Assembly: GCA_050998755.1 (NCBI GenBank)
Contig: JBPCPW010000085.1
Coordinates: forward strand, 19,672 to 83,671
Length of the DNA stretch: 64,000 nt
Source of the DNA: Candidatus Dormibacteria bacterium
GTDB taxonomy: Bacteria > Chloroflexota > Dormibacteria > DASZGP01
Direction of reading: 5' to 3'
A program made the position numbers and the translations under genes. Numbering within the stretch: the stretch's first letter is position 1; every line of letters starts with the position of its first letter. Shown here one piece after another: positions 10,497 through 20,233 of the stretch. The notes beneath the pieces were generated by a model, which saw only the letters and a list, made by a program, of their open reading frames with translations, did no database searches and was not told where the DNA came from.

Positions 10497-12736
10497 TTCT
10501 TGGGCCCATTGCAGGTCGATACGTCCTGGAACCCGGACAGATTCTTGGTGTCGGAGACCGTGTTCAGCATCTTGTCCCAGTTGCTGCTGCTGATGTTCTT
10601 GACCTTGGCCTTGGCCTGGACGACGTAGCCGGCAATGTTGGCTACCTCCGACACCGCCGGGACGCAGGCCACCGAGACCAGGGCGATGTGCCAGTTGCGG
10701 GCGTCCGGGGGCTGGGGGCCGAGCACGTAGTCCACCAGCTTGGCGATGATGGTGGCAAACCAACAGAACGGACAGATGGTGCCCAGGAAGCCGAGGTCGA
10801 TCTTGAAGGCCCGTAGCGGATTGATGATGTTGTCGTAGAAGAACGAGTGGATCGCCGTGTAGATGGCGACGATGCTGTCGAAGAACCCCAGTAACACCCA
10901 GCACCAGCCAAACACCGAAGCGGGAAGGGTGTTGATCAGGGGAATCGGACCGCCAATCCTCTCGTAGACCGCGCCGCCGCTCTGGTCTCGCATGTTCTTG
11001 CCGTCGTCGGTCTTGGCAAAGTCGCAGAGGTCGGCCACCATGAGTCGGTCCTTTGTGCTGTCGGCTCGGTGCACGATCGCCTTGCTGGCGGTGATCGCAT
11101 AATCTGCGGTCGGGCCGTCCTTCCTGCCGGCCGCGTGGTAGGCCAACTGCTGCATGTAGCTCGGCTCGATCTCGCTGACCTCAAGAAAGTCCTGCACCAC
11201 GTCCTTGGTCTGCGCGTCAGCCCCCATGACGCTGGCTGGATGGTCGAACTTCTTCCACTCCGCCAGTGAGTTGACCAGGTTTCCCGCGTCGTCGGTGGGC
11301 TCGCCCGGCGGTTCCACCTCATCTCGATAAGTTGAGGTGTCGCGGTAGTCGACCGGGAGCTTGGGGTCGAGCGGGCCGGTTTTGACCAGCTGGGCGTGAT
11401 CTTTGTCCCATCCCCAGAACGCCCAGCAGGGGTTGGGGTCGGGTGTCGGCAAGGGGGGATTTGCCTTGGGGTCGGGGGGCGGAGGCGTCTTGCAGGCATC
11501 CGGGGCGTCGGCGTGGAACTGGCCGTCACATTTGAAGCCGAATTGCGTTGGTTGGCCGCTCGGCGCGACCTTGTTGGGATCCTTGGGGCAGTGGTTCAGC
11601 GGGGCGTCCGTGGGCTTGTAGCCATCGATCTTGGCGATGAAGTCTTTGACCTTCTGGTCCACGGTCTCGCCGCCAGTGTCCACCGCGATGTGGCGGAGGG
11701 ACGCCTCGGCGTCGTCCATCGCCTTCAGGGCATCGGTTTTGTCCTGGTCGCTTCCGTCAAACCGCTCCGGGCTGTCAGCCTCCTGCTTCTGGTTGATGTT
11801 GACCTTGATGCGCAGCTCATGGATCGCCTGGATCTGCTCGAAGTACCACGCCTGGACCTGCTCCTTGAACCACAGCCGCTCGTCACACTGCCGGTGCCAC
11901 TGCGTGCCTGTGGCGTCTGCCGGGGGAGTCAGGGGGTCGGTCCAGGCGGGCGGCGACGTGCACCCGGGTGTGTCCGGCCAGAGGTGGAAGGTGTCGCGGT
12001 CGGCCGATCCGCCACCGCGCAGCTCCTGGGTGGAAACCGGGCACGCCGGCTTGCCGGGCTGGCCGCAGTCCGATGCTGGTGGCGGCGTCTTGCCGCTGCC
12101 GCCCCAGATGTTGTGGAGTGCGCCCCAGTAGATCTGCGGTATCAGCGCCGGGGTGGCCTTGTCGTGGGCCTTGTCCGAGATCTGCAGGGCGTGTTCGGTG
12201 ATCGCCTGGATGTCCGCGAGGTTGTACTTGGTGACCGCCGCCTGGTCCAGGAAGTTGGTGGGCAGGATGAAGCCGATGTAGCCGTTGTTGGCCGCCACCA
12301 TGGTCGCGTTTATCGTTGCTAACACCTGTTTAGCGGCATTGAGGAGCTTGTTTATCGACTTCTTGATGTTGGCGAACGCCTTTTGGGCAGTTTTGGCTAT
12401 GTTTTTTATTACGTTGGCCACGGCTTGTATCACCGCTCCGAAGACGGACCCGACGTAGGGGATGGCGGAGATCGCCCGCCCGATCTGCAGCAACATCGAG
12501 GCCAGGCGCTGGATGAAGCCAAGGCCCCAGTCGATGAGGTCGAAGACCACCTCGTCGTTGATCACCGCGATGTAGGTCTCGGCCGCGGTTATCGCGGCGC
12601 CATCGCTGGCGGCCTGCATGCGCGTGGCCTGGCTGGTCTGGTTCCCGATGCCGGTGGCCATCACCACGACCATCACCATCAGCAGCGACGTCATGGCGGT
12701 GATCAGGGTGACGTTGCCGCGCTGCGGGTTCAGCAT
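10493..12736 (-). CDS. Giant TadG-like pilus-associated protein (747 aa) with C-terminal hydrophobic/Cys-rich region
   Basis: N-terminus MLNPQRGNVTLITAMTSLLMVMVVVMATGIGN...MQAASDGAAITAAE resembles the TadG N-terminal domain. The ATG at 12736 overlaps the upstream stop by 1 nt (TGATG). Confidence 0.7.
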   Translation of the reverse strand: MLNPQRGNVTLITAMTSLLMVMVVVMATGIGNQTSQATRMQAASDGAAITAAETYIAVINDEVVFDLIDWGLGFIQRLASMLLQIGRAISAIPYVGSVFGAVIQAVANVIKNIAKTAQKAFANIKKSINKLLNAAKQVLATINATMVAANNGYIGFILPTNFLDQAAVTKYNLADIQAITEHALQISDKAHDKATPALIPQIYWGALHNIWGGSGKTPPPASDCGQPGKPACPVSTQELRGGGSADRDTFHLWPDTPGCTSPPAWTDPLTPPADATGTQWHRQCDERLWFKEQVQAWYFEQIQAIHELRIKVNINQKQEADSPERFDGSDQDKTDALKAMDDAEASLRHIAVDTGGETVDQKVKDFIAKIDGYKPTDAPLNHCPKDPNKVAPSGQPTQFGFKCDGQFHADAPDACKTPPPPDPKANPPLPTPDPNPCWAFWGWDKDHAQLVKTGPLDPKLPVDYRDTSTYRDEVEPPGEPTDDAGNLVNSLAEWKKFDHPASVMGADAQTKDVVQDFLEVSEIEPSYMQQLAYHAAGRKDGPTADYAITASKAIVHRADSTKDRLMVADLCDFAKTDDGKNMRDQSGGAVYERIGGPIPLINTLPASVFGWCWVLLGFFDSIVAIYTAIHSFFYDNIINPLRAFKIDLGFLGTICPFCWFATIIAKLVDYVLGPQPPDARNWHIALVSVACVPAVSEVANIAGYVVQAKAKVKNISSSNWDKMLNTVSDTKNLSGFQDVSTCNGPKK

Positions 12737-13296
12737 CAGCAGTTCTGGTCCGGTGTCGGCACGCAGGACGGGGGAGGTTCGTACTGGTTGGCCAGCCGCG
12801 CCGCGACGCCGGTCTCCTGGAATGTCCCCAGCCTCGAGCCGTAGATCGAGGTGAGAACCTCCCATCCGGGAATCGTTGGGTGATAGGAGATGGTCACCGA
12901 TACCGCCATGTTGCAATAGAACTCGGTGTCCCCGATCTTGGGACCGGTGCTGACTCTCACCACGGTGGGCTTGGAGGCCATGCTCCGCATCATCGGCGAA
13001 TTCTGGTATTCGAGAGCGAGCACCGCCTCGGCGGAGGCCTTGGTGCCATTCTGGGCCGAGATGTCAGTTGGCGGACAGCCGCTGACCAGGTCCTTGGTGA
13101 GGTCGTGATTCTCCTTGGCGACGTGCCGCGCGGCATCGTAGGCCGCCTTCTGCTCCTGGATCCGCACCGAATAGAGAAGGCTGGCCGCGATGGTGATGAA
13201 GATGATCGCGATCAGTAGCGGCAGCACCAGCGCGAACTCGACCATCGCCTGGCCGCCGGCCTCACGCTGACCCCGCGGGCGGTGTGGGTGCGTCAT
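12736..13296 (-). CDS. TadE-like pseudopilin
   Basis: RGQREAGGQAMVEFALVLPLLIAIIFITIAASLLY. The start overlaps the flp stop (ATGA at 13293-13296). Confidence 0.8.
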   Translation of the reverse strand: MTHPHRPRGQREAGGQAMVEFALVLPLLIAIIFITIAASLLYSVRIQEQKAAYDAARHVAKENHDLTKDLVSGCPPTDISAQNGTKASAEAVLALEYQNSPMMRSMASKPTVVRVSTGPKIGDTEFYCNMAVSVTISYHPTIPGWEVLTSIYGSRLGTFQETGVAARLANQYEPPPSCVPTPDQNC

Positions 13297-13538
13297 TGGA
13301 GTGGGAGCTGCTGGTTGAACGTCTTGGTCAGCTTGAGGATCGCCTCTGGGCTGACTTCGTCGGGCAGCAATTGGATGTTGTAGGTGCTCTGGGCGTTGTC
13401 GATGTAGTGGAGGAACACGTCCGAGAACCCCATTTGACTAGCTGCGGCAAAGGCGACCACCACGGTGGCGCTGATCAGCGAGTACTCAAGCATCGCCTGT
13501 CCGCCCTGCTTGCGCAGACGGCGCGGGATCCCCTTCAC
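13293..13538 (-). CDS. flp: Flp/Fap family type IVb pilin precursor
   Basis: RKQGGQAMLEYSLISATVVVAFAAA carries the Flp G/xxxxEY processing motif followed by a hydrophobic helix. 81 aa. The GTG start overlaps the tadC stop (GTGA). Confidence 0.75.
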   Translation of the reverse strand: MKGIPRRLRKQGGQAMLEYSLISATVVVAFAAASQMGFSDVFLHYIDNAQSTYNIQLLPDEVSPEAILKLTKTFNQQLPLQ

Positions 13539-14419
13539 TTGTTGCCGATCTGCAGGAAGGCCAGGGAGCCGAGGATGATCAGCAGCGCGAGCATGTTGAT
13601 CATGGTGGGGAACGTCATCAGCACCGGCGCTCGCAGCGAGCGTGCCTTTACCTCCTGCTCGCGCTTGATGCGCAGCTCGACCGACTGACCCTTGAGCATG
13701 TCCTTGAGGTCGCGGCCGCCGACCTGGGTGGCCTGCCCCACGGCCGCTACCAGGAAGGTGAGGTCGTCGTTGCGGTTCTTGCGCAACAGCTCCTCCATTG
13801 CCGTACTCAAGCGTTCCTTCAATTGCGTGGTTCGCTGCACCACGTAGCCCAGCTCCTGGGCCAGGACCTCGCTCTGGAAGTAACGGCAGTAGTAGGCGAT
13901 GCCGGTGTCAATGGACGTGCGCTCGACCGCCAGCCCGATGACCTCTAGCGCCAGGGGGAGGGCGCGACTGATCTTGTTCTGGCGCAGCAGAGCCGCCTGG
14001 GCAATGGTGCCGTTGGGCGACCTGAAGCCGATGGCGAGCCCACCGACCAGGAACAGGACGGCGGCGATGATGTTGCCCAGGAGCAGGCCCACCACGAGGC
14101 CCAGCGCCCCGAGGATGGCCATCATCATCAGCTTCATCCGGGCCACGTCCTCGACGGACACTTCGCGGGCGACATCGGCCTGCTCCAGCTGGCGGGGAAT
14201 GTCGCTGCGCTTGACCAGCTCAACCAGGATGCCCAGCGCAGGCAGCCGGCGGCTCTGCCGCTGCAGCTTGAGAACCGCCGTCTTGTCGGTGGTCAGCGCC
14301 TCAGGCTCGGCGGCCTGCTGCTTCTTGCTGCGGCGCCTGCCGCGGATGAGGATCGCCGCTACGACCGCCACCAGGAGGACGAAGACGCCTACGACTATCA
14401 GCAGGGTTGTGGTGTCCAT
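13535..14419 (-). CDS. tadC: Tad pilus inner-membrane platform protein TadC-like (T2SS F-type domain)
   Basis: Polytopic membrane protein with N-terminal and C-terminal TM helices and a T2SSF-like cytoplasmic helical region. It sits after the tadB-like gene. Confidence 0.75.
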   Translation of the reverse strand: MDTTTLLIVVGVFVLLVAVVAAILIRGRRRSKKQQAAEPEALTTDKTAVLKLQRQSRRLPALGILVELVKRSDIPRQLEQADVAREVSVEDVARMKLMMMAILGALGLVVGLLLGNIIAAVLFLVGGLAIGFRSPNGTIAQAALLRQNKISRALPLALEVIGLAVERTSIDTGIAYYCRYFQSEVLAQELGYVVQRTTQLKERLSTAMEELLRKNRNDDLTFLVAAVGQATQVGGRDLKDMLKGQSVELRIKREQEVKARSLRAPVLMTFPTMINMLALLIILGSLAFLQIGNK

Positions 14420-14421
14420 CT

Positions 14422-15366
14422 CTAAGACTCGATCTGCTTGAGGATTCGCTTGGTGGCGAGCCGGCTGATGTAGTTCATGCCCAGCGAGATGATGATCACC
14501 ACGATGCCGACCACGGTGGTGAACAGCGGCGTGATGAATTTCGGTGTGATGAGGTAGATGAGCAGGACGAAGAACACCGGCAGGTAGGAGACGACGGTCG
14601 CCGTCGAGCGAACCTGGGATGTGACCGCCTCCAGCTCGCTGCGTCCGCGGATCTCATCCTGGATCGAGGAGGACAGGCTGCGCAGCAACCCGTAGGTCTC
14701 AAGTCCGACCTGCTGCCCGATCGCCAGGGCACTGGCGATGGTGTGCAGCTCTGGGTACGGCAGCCGCTCCGCCCAGATCTCAAACGCCTCGGCCTCGCTG
14801 ACCCGGAGCGCTGAGATGCGGTTGGCCAGCGCGATCAGCTCGCCCTTGATGGGGTCGGCCAGGTTGGGGGTGGTGGCCTCCAGGGCGTTGACGAAGTTGC
14901 GCCCTGCTGCCATGCCGCTGCTAACCAGCAGCAGCGCGTTTGGCAGCTGCAGCAGGAACTTGGCCCGGTATGCGCGCGCCCGCCGAAGGGAGAGCGAGTA
15001 GTCGATGGCAGGGCCCGCGAGCCCGACGATGATCGCCAGCACCGGGGTGTGGAAGATCACAAAGGCCATACCCAGCGCGATCAGGAAGATGGACACCTGC
15101 CGATCGAGGAACGGGCCCCACTGGAAGTCGGCTCCGACGTCGACTGGGCGGCGGTAGCGTTGCATGAACCCGGTGCCGCTCAGCGGCGAGAGCAGGCGCT
15201 CGGTCGGGCTGATATACCGTGCCGCCTCCGCCTCGGCCGCGCCGCCGCTGCCACCCGTGTGGGCCGCGTACGGGTTGGCCTTCGATGACCGCATCACCGG
15301 CAGGATCATGCTGATCACCAGGTAGACGAAGCCGATCCCCGCCAGCACCAGCCCGACGGTTGTCAT
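14422..15366 (-). CDS. tadB: Tad pilus inner-membrane platform protein TadB-like (T2SS F-type domain)
   Basis: [24 protein letters not shown] plus a T2SSF-like core. The ATG overlaps the cpaF stop (ATGA at 15363-15366). The ORF-track extension to 15762 was rejected. Confidence 0.78.
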   Translation of the reverse strand: MTTVGLVLAGIGFVYLVISMILPVMRSSKANPYAAHTGGSGGAAEAEAARYISPTERLLSPLSGTGFMQRYRRPVDVGADFQWGPFLDRQVSIFLIALGMAFVIFHTPVLAIIVGLAGPAIDYSLSLRRARAYRAKFLLQLPNALLLVSSGMAAGRNFVNALEATTPNLADPIKGELIALANRISALRVSEAEAFEIWAERLPYPELHTIASALAIGQQVGLETYGLLRSLSSSIQDEIRGRSELEAVTSQVRSTATVVSYLPVFFVLLIYLITPKFITPLFTTVVGIVVIIISLGMNYISRLATKRILKQIES

Positions 15367-16631
15367 GCGCCGATCTCCAGGGCGATCTTGGCCTCGCAGT
15401 CGGCGGGGTCCTTGACCCGGACGTACTCGCCGGTGAACTTCCCGTTCTCGTCCTGCCCGGTGCGCTGGAACTTGAAGATGGTCTCCACCCTCACCTCTCC
15501 CTTGTTGTCGATGCCACAGAGCTCCGCCACTTCGATGACGCGGCGCGAGCCGTCCGAGAGGCGCATGGTCTGCACGATCAGGTTGACGGCGCTGGAGATC
15601 TGCTTGCGGATGGCGGATACCGGCAGCTCCTTGGCCATCAGGATCATGGTCTCGAGCCGGCTGATGGTGTCCTCGGGGTTGTTGGCATGGACCGTCGAGA
15701 GCGAGCCGTCGTGGCCGGTGTTCATTGCCGTGAGCATGTCGAAGGCCTCCTCGCCGCGGCACTCACCGACGACGATGCGATCGGGGCGCATTCGCAGGGC
15801 GTTCTTGACCAGGTCGCGGATGCTCACCTCGCCCTGACCGGACAGGTTCGCGGGCCGTGCCTCGAGGCGCTTGATGAAGGGGTGGCGCAGCTGCAGCTCC
15901 GCCGCATCCTCGATGGTGATCACATGCTGGTGGTCGGGGATGAAGCTGGAGAGAATGTTCAGCAGCGTCGTCTTTCCGGAGCCGGTGCCGCCCGAGACCA
16001 GGATGTTCATCCGCGCCTTTACAGCGCGGGCCAGCCAGTCGGCCATGTCCTGGGTCATCGCGCCCATGTTGACCAGCTGCTCGACGCCCAGTTTGTCCTG
16101 GGAGAACTTGCGGATGTTGATCGAGATGCCGTCGATGGCCAGCGGCGGCATGACCACGTTCACGCGACTCCCGTCGGGCAACCGTCCATTCACCAGCGGG
16201 TTGGACTCGTTGGCGGGGCGGTTGAGGGGGCGCAGGATGACCTGGACGATCTGGTCCAGGTGAGTGTTGTCCTCGAAGACCACACTGGTGGGCTCAAGTT
16301 TGCCCCTTTTCTCGATGAACACCCGCTTGGGGCCGCTGACGATGATCTCGGTCACCGCCTCGTCGCGCAGCAGGTCGTCGAGTGGGCCGAAGCCGAAGAT
16401 GTTGTCGGTGATGTACTGGAGGACCTTCTCCCGGTCCTCGACGCCCAGGGCGTAGTCGTTCATCAAGCGTCCGACCACCACCGCCAGGTCCTTCTTGGCG
16501 CGCTCCGGCCTGGTCTTGACCAGTTCCGCGAAGGCCGGGTCCGCCAGTTGCTCGTCGAGAACCCGGCGCCGAAGCTCGGCCTTGATCGGGGTCAGGTCAC
16601 GCGGAGTTGCTGCCCGGACCGGCGCGGCCAC
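15363..16631 (-). CDS. tadA: Tad/Flp pilus assembly ATPase CpaF/TadA (T2SS E family)
   Basis: It has Walker [13 protein letters not shown], Walker B/Asp box ITIEDAAEL and a His box [13 protein letters not shown]. Start is GTG. Confidence 0.95.
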   Translation of the reverse strand: MAAPVRAATPRDLTPIKAELRRRVLDEQLADPAFAELVKTRPERAKKDLAVVVGRLMNDYALGVEDREKVLQYITDNIFGFGPLDDLLRDEAVTEIIVSGPKRVFIEKRGKLEPTSVVFEDNTHLDQIVQVILRPLNRPANESNPLVNGRLPDGSRVNVVMPPLAIDGISINIRKFSQDKLGVEQLVNMGAMTQDMADWLARAVKARMNILVSGGTGSGKTTLLNILSSFIPDHQHVITIEDAAELQLRHPFIKRLEARPANLSGQGEVSIRDLVKNALRMRPDRIVVGECRGEEAFDMLTAMNTGHDGSLSTVHANNPEDTISRLETMILMAKELPVSAIRKQISSAVNLIVQTMRLSDGSRRVIEVAELCGIDNKGEVRVETIFKFQRTGQDENGKFTGEYVRVKDPADCEAKIALEIGA

Positions 16632-16731
16632 AGGGGCGGGTGCGTCCTCAACCGGTCCGCCCTTGCGCAGGTACTTGTTTACGCCGATGGAAGATCCCCT
16701 CTCATGTCAGGCAGGGCCACATGGTACTCGC

Positions 16732-18306
16732 TCAGCGCGGACTGCGCCATAGGGCGGCGGCGCCGCCGGCAAGCAGGAGGAGGCCCAGGCCGAGCGCCAG
16801 GAGGGGCGGGGTGCCTGTCGTCTTGGGGGTTATGCCGGCCCTGGGCAGGGTCGGGACATAGGGAACGTAGATCACCACGTCCTGGACCGTGAACGATGGC
16901 GAGGGGCTGGGCGAGGGCGTGGTATCGGCTGCCTGGTACTCGAAAGCGCCGATGTCGCATTTCGTGCCCGTCCGGGCAGCAGCGCTGGCCCGTAGGATGC
17001 CGCGCTGGTCGCGGCTGGGCGGCGGGCACGGGCCGGCGACCGCGTCGGCGGCGGGGCTGGTGGGGCCGATGGCCCGGGTCCGGGTCGCGCCGCCGTTGTC
17101 TGCCAGCGGCCCCAGGCCGGCGCTGGTGGCCTGCTTGTCGCCTGCCGCGGTGAACAGGCAGGACAGCCCATCGTCGATGTTTGAGCCCCCGCTGGCCAGC
17201 GGGGGTCCCTTCGGGCTGGTGGTGTCCTCGATCTGGGCGCATTCGTCTAGAGGGTTGCCGTTGACGATGCTGCTCGTCAGCGTCGCCGAGGTCGAACCGA
17301 ACGCCTCGGCCATGACGGCGGCCCCCCGCAGCGGGGTGGGGGTTGCGACGTTCCTGGCCGCGCGGGGCCGAGCCTGGCCGAGGATGATCGGGTTAAGGCT
17401 GTTCGAGCTGAAGGTCACATTGGTCGCGGAGGTCGGGCCGCTGTAGCTGTACAGCCCTCCGCCGCGTTGGGCGTTGTTGCCGTCGATGGTGTCGTTGAGC
17501 AGGTGGAGTTCGGACGTCGCGTAGATCCCGCCACCGTCGCATAACGAAAGGCAGTGGTTGGAGGCAATGGTGGAGTTGTAGATGGTGTTTGGCGTGCTGG
17601 CGTAGACTCCGGCCCCGCTGGCGTCAGCGACATTGTTGCTGATGGTCACGTCGTGGAGGATGGAGGGCGGCCTGAAGGAGCCCATCAACGCGATCCCGCC
17701 ACCGTACCCGCCCACGGCCTGGGGGTCGGACCCGAGGATCGCCCGGTTGCCGGTCACCACGGAGTTGCTCAGGTCCAGCGACCCGTAATAGACCAGGATC
17801 CCACCGCCGACATTGCCGGGGTAGCTGGGGTCCGCTACGGCGGTCCCGCCTCGGACCGTTACCCCGCTGATCCGCACGGTGCTTTGGATATCGAAAACCC
17901 GGTCCTGGACATCGTGGGCGTCAGCGTGGCTCTGCTCGATGATGGTGGTGGCCGCCCCCGCGCCGACGATCTGGATCCCATCGACCACCAGCTCCAGGTC
18001 TCCGCCGGCCGCAGTGTCTGCGTCGGCTGGCACCGGCTCCGTCAGCACGTAGTCACCCGCCGGGAGGTTGATGATCGTGCCACCCGTGCGCCGGCTGTTG
18101 GCGAACTGGACGGCCTTGCGCAGGCTGCAGGGGTCGTGGCAGTCGGGGTGGGTGTTGCTGTTGGCGGTGCCGACGATGTCCAGCTTTGTGTTCACTGTGA
18201 CCTGCAGTGGCGCCGCGGCACTGGCGCTCACCACCACGGCCGCCGCCGCCGTCGCCACCCCCAGGACGATGAGCACCCAACCGAGCCTCTGCGCCACCGG
18301 TCTCAC
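16732..18306 (-). CDS. Secreted right-handed parallel beta-helix repeat protein with C-terminal sorting-signal-like tail
   Basis: Signal peptide: LGWVLIVLGVATAAAAVVVSASA. CSLRKAVQFAN is followed by repeated GGGI/GGGL-containing turns. The C-terminus reads LPRAGITPKTTGTPP, a hydrophobic stretch, then RSPR. GTG start overlaps the kinase stop (GTGA). Confidence 0.7.
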   Translation of the reverse strand: MRPVAQRLGWVLIVLGVATAAAAVVVSASAAAPLQVTVNTKLDIVGTANSNTHPDCHDPCSLRKAVQFANSRRTGGTIINLPAGDYVLTEPVPADADTAAGGDLELVVDGIQIVGAGAATTIIEQSHADAHDVQDRVFDIQSTVRISGVTVRGGTAVADPSYPGNVGGGILVYYGSLDLSNSVVTGNRAILGSDPQAVGGYGGGIALMGSFRPPSILHDVTISNNVADASGAGVYASTPNTIYNSTIASNHCLSLCDGGGIYATSELHLLNDTIDGNNAQRGGGLYSYSGPTSATNVTFSSNSLNPIILGQARPRAARNVATPTPLRGAAVMAEAFGSTSATLTSSIVNGNPLDECAQIEDTTSPKGPPLASGGSNIDDGLSCLFTAAGDKQATSAGLGPLADNGGATRTRAIGPTSPAADAVAGPCPPPSRDQRGILRASAAARTGTKCDIGAFEYQAADTTPSPSPSPSFTVQDVVIYVPYVPTLPRAGITPKTTGTPPLLALGLGLLLLAGGAAALWRSPR

Positions 18307-20174
18307 GTGGCCCCGAATCCTGCGCAGGCCCAGTACATCGGCTGCTCCGAGGAGAGGGTGTGCTGACCTGCGCCGTCAGTCCAGGACAGGGTGTAGGTGG
18401 CGCTTCCGTATACCGGGTTCATGGTGCGCGTGAACCCGGGCTGCGACTGCGGGGCCGAGGCCGTCGCGCCGTGCGTTCCCGCGGTCCCCGCGCGGATCGT
18501 GTCACTGACGTGGCCGCCGGATACCCTGGCCCCGTTCGCCCAGTTTATTGCCCACGTTATGGTCACCGGGATGTCGCCGGTGGATGGGTTGCTGAAGTCG
18601 TACTGCTCGGCGATGCTCCAACCACCGTCGAAGGTACAGTCCATGCCCCGACTGGACGGGTAGGCGGTGGACTGGCTGTAGTAGGGCTGGCCGTCGCTGT
18701 AAAACCCGCAAGTCAGGGTGGGGCTGGGCGTGCTGTAGTCAGAAGTGCACTGATCGTAATAGACGCGCTGGTTGCTGATATTGAGGGGGGCGGCCGGGTA
18801 CTTGTTGGCGATGATCACGAACGTGTGGCTGGGCGAAGGTACCGGGCGGGCGGCGATCGACCGCTGGGGGCTGGGGACGGTGGGGTTGGCGCTCGGTGCG
18901 TTGGCGCTCGGGGTGATGCCGGTCGGGCCGCCGGACGTCGGGGATGGCTCCGGACTGACCGAGGGGGCGGTCTCGGGGGAAGTGCTGGGGGTGACCTGAG
19001 GCGACGGTTTCGGCGTCGGGGAGGCCAAGGCAACCGCCCCGTTGGACGCCCGCGCGGACCCGCCGCCATTTGTGCTGTTGCCACCGGCGCTGCTCTTGTT
19101 GTGGAGCGCGAGGTAGCCACCGCCCACCGCCAGGACGGCAACCAGAGCGGCGCCGGCGATCCAGGCGCTGGCCCCCATCACCCCGCCGCTGCCCGCCGCC
19201 GCACCCGCAGCGCTGGCCACCGCGGCGGTGCCCACCGCGCCGGCCGCCGCCAGGCCACCGGCGGTGGCCAGCATCGCCAGCAGTCCCATACCGGCGCCGA
19301 CGGTCGCAGCGACCTTCTTCTTCACTGAGGAACGCTTCTCCCAGTCGGCGCCGTAGGCTTCGACCGCCGCGGCCTCCAGTGCGGTCAGCATCGCTTCAGC
19401 GCTCTGCGGCCGGTCGGCGGGGTCCTTGGCCAGGCCGCCCGCAAGCAGGCCGGTCATGGCGGGGCCGAGTTTGGGGTTGACGGTGTGCGCGTCCGGTACC
19501 GGAGCTTCCCGCTGCATCCGCATCACAGCGAGTGGGTTGTCAGCCACAAACGGCGGCCGCCCGGTAAGCAGTTCGAAGAGCACCGCACCGGCGGAGTAGA
19601 GGTCTGAACGCGCGTCCAGGGTGCCGCCGCCAACCATCTCCGGGCTCATGTAGGCAGGGCTACCTGCCGGCATGCCGCCGGCGGCCCCGGGCCCCGACTG
19701 GCTCGCAGCCTGGCCGAAGTCAGCCAGCTTGCTCACTCCCTCACCGTCCAGGAGCACGTTCTCAGGCTTGATGTCGCGGTGGATCAGGCCGAGGCTGTGG
19801 GCGTGTGCCAGTCCCTGCAGGGCACCCTTGATGACGCCCAGGGATTCCTCGGGGGTCAGCTCGCCGGAGTGCTGGACAAGTCCGCGAAGCGACGCACCTT
19901 CGATCAGCTCGCTGACCAGGTAGTCGTTCTTCTCACGCTGGAAGAAGTCGAAGACCCGCACGCAGTGGTCGTTGTCGAGGCGGGCCATGATCTCTGCCTC
20001 GGCGCGGAAACGCTCGCGGAAGACAGGGTCGGCGGTGAGCTCGGTGCTCAGCTCCTTGAGCGCCACCCGGCGATCGACGAATTCCTGGTAGGCGAGGTAA
20101 ACGGTGCCTGATGCACCGCGGCCCAGGACGCCCCGGACCTGGTAGTCGCCGATGTTGCTGGGAAGCGAAGACAA
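18303..20174 (-). CDS. Transmembrane Ser/Thr protein kinase (Hanks type) with Cys-containing extracellular domain
   Basis: Kinase motifs: [31 protein letters not shown] and [10 protein letters not shown] helix AWIAGAALVAVLAVGGGYLAL is followed by a Ser/Pro-rich linker and a roughly 180-aa ectodomain. Confidence 0.95.
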   Translation of the reverse strand: MSSLPSNIGDYQVRGVLGRGASGTVYLAYQEFVDRRVALKELSTELTADPVFRERFRAEAEIMARLDNDHCVRVFDFFQREKNDYLVSELIEGASLRGLVQHSGELTPEESLGVIKGALQGLAHAHSLGLIHRDIKPENVLLDGEGVSKLADFGQAASQSGPGAAGGMPAGSPAYMSPEMVGGGTLDARSDLYSAGAVLFELLTGRPPFVADNPLAVMRMQREAPVPDAHTVNPKLGPAMTGLLAGGLAKDPADRPQSAEAMLTALEAAAVEAYGADWEKRSSVKKKVAATVGAGMGLLAMLATAGGLAAAGAVGTAAVASAAGAAAGSGGVMGASAWIAGAALVAVLAVGGGYLALHNKSSAGGNSTNGGGSARASNGAVALASPTPKPSPQVTPSTSPETAPSVSPEPSPTSGGPTGITPSANAPSANPTVPSPQRSIAARPVPSPSHTFVIIANKYPAAPLNISNQRVYYDQCTSDYSTPSPTLTCGFYSDGQPYYSQSTAYPSSRGMDCTFDGGWSIAEQYDFSNPSTGDIPVTITWAINWANGARVSGGHVSDTIRAGTAGTHGATASAPQSQPGFTRTMNPVYGSATYTLSWTDGAGQHTLSSEQPMYWACAGFGAT

Positions 20175-20233
20175 GCGCAGTTACCCCTGTTGGTGTGACG
20201 ACATAGTACGTGCAGGTGCCTGCGAACGCCGGA

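Noticed and set aside
10497-10904. Long upstream extensions of tad ORFs (9924-10904, 10493-12916, 14422-15762) as real N-termini
   Set aside because: Each extension overlaps the preceding gene in another frame and is His/Arg/Gln/Pro-rich. Internal ATGs at ATGA/TGATG junctions yield proper TadE/TadG/TadB N-termini.
15360-16892. 510-aa plus-strand ORF
   Set aside because: It is antisense to the unambiguous CpaF/TadA ATPase (Walker A, Asp and His boxes on the minus strand). Its composition is low-complexity, typical of a G+C artefact.
16732-18306. Calling the beta-helix protein a pectate lyase or polysaccharide lyase
   Set aside because: Only the fold-level repeat pattern is visible. I could not identify catalytic Asp/Arg/Lys constellations by eye, so only the fold is annotated.
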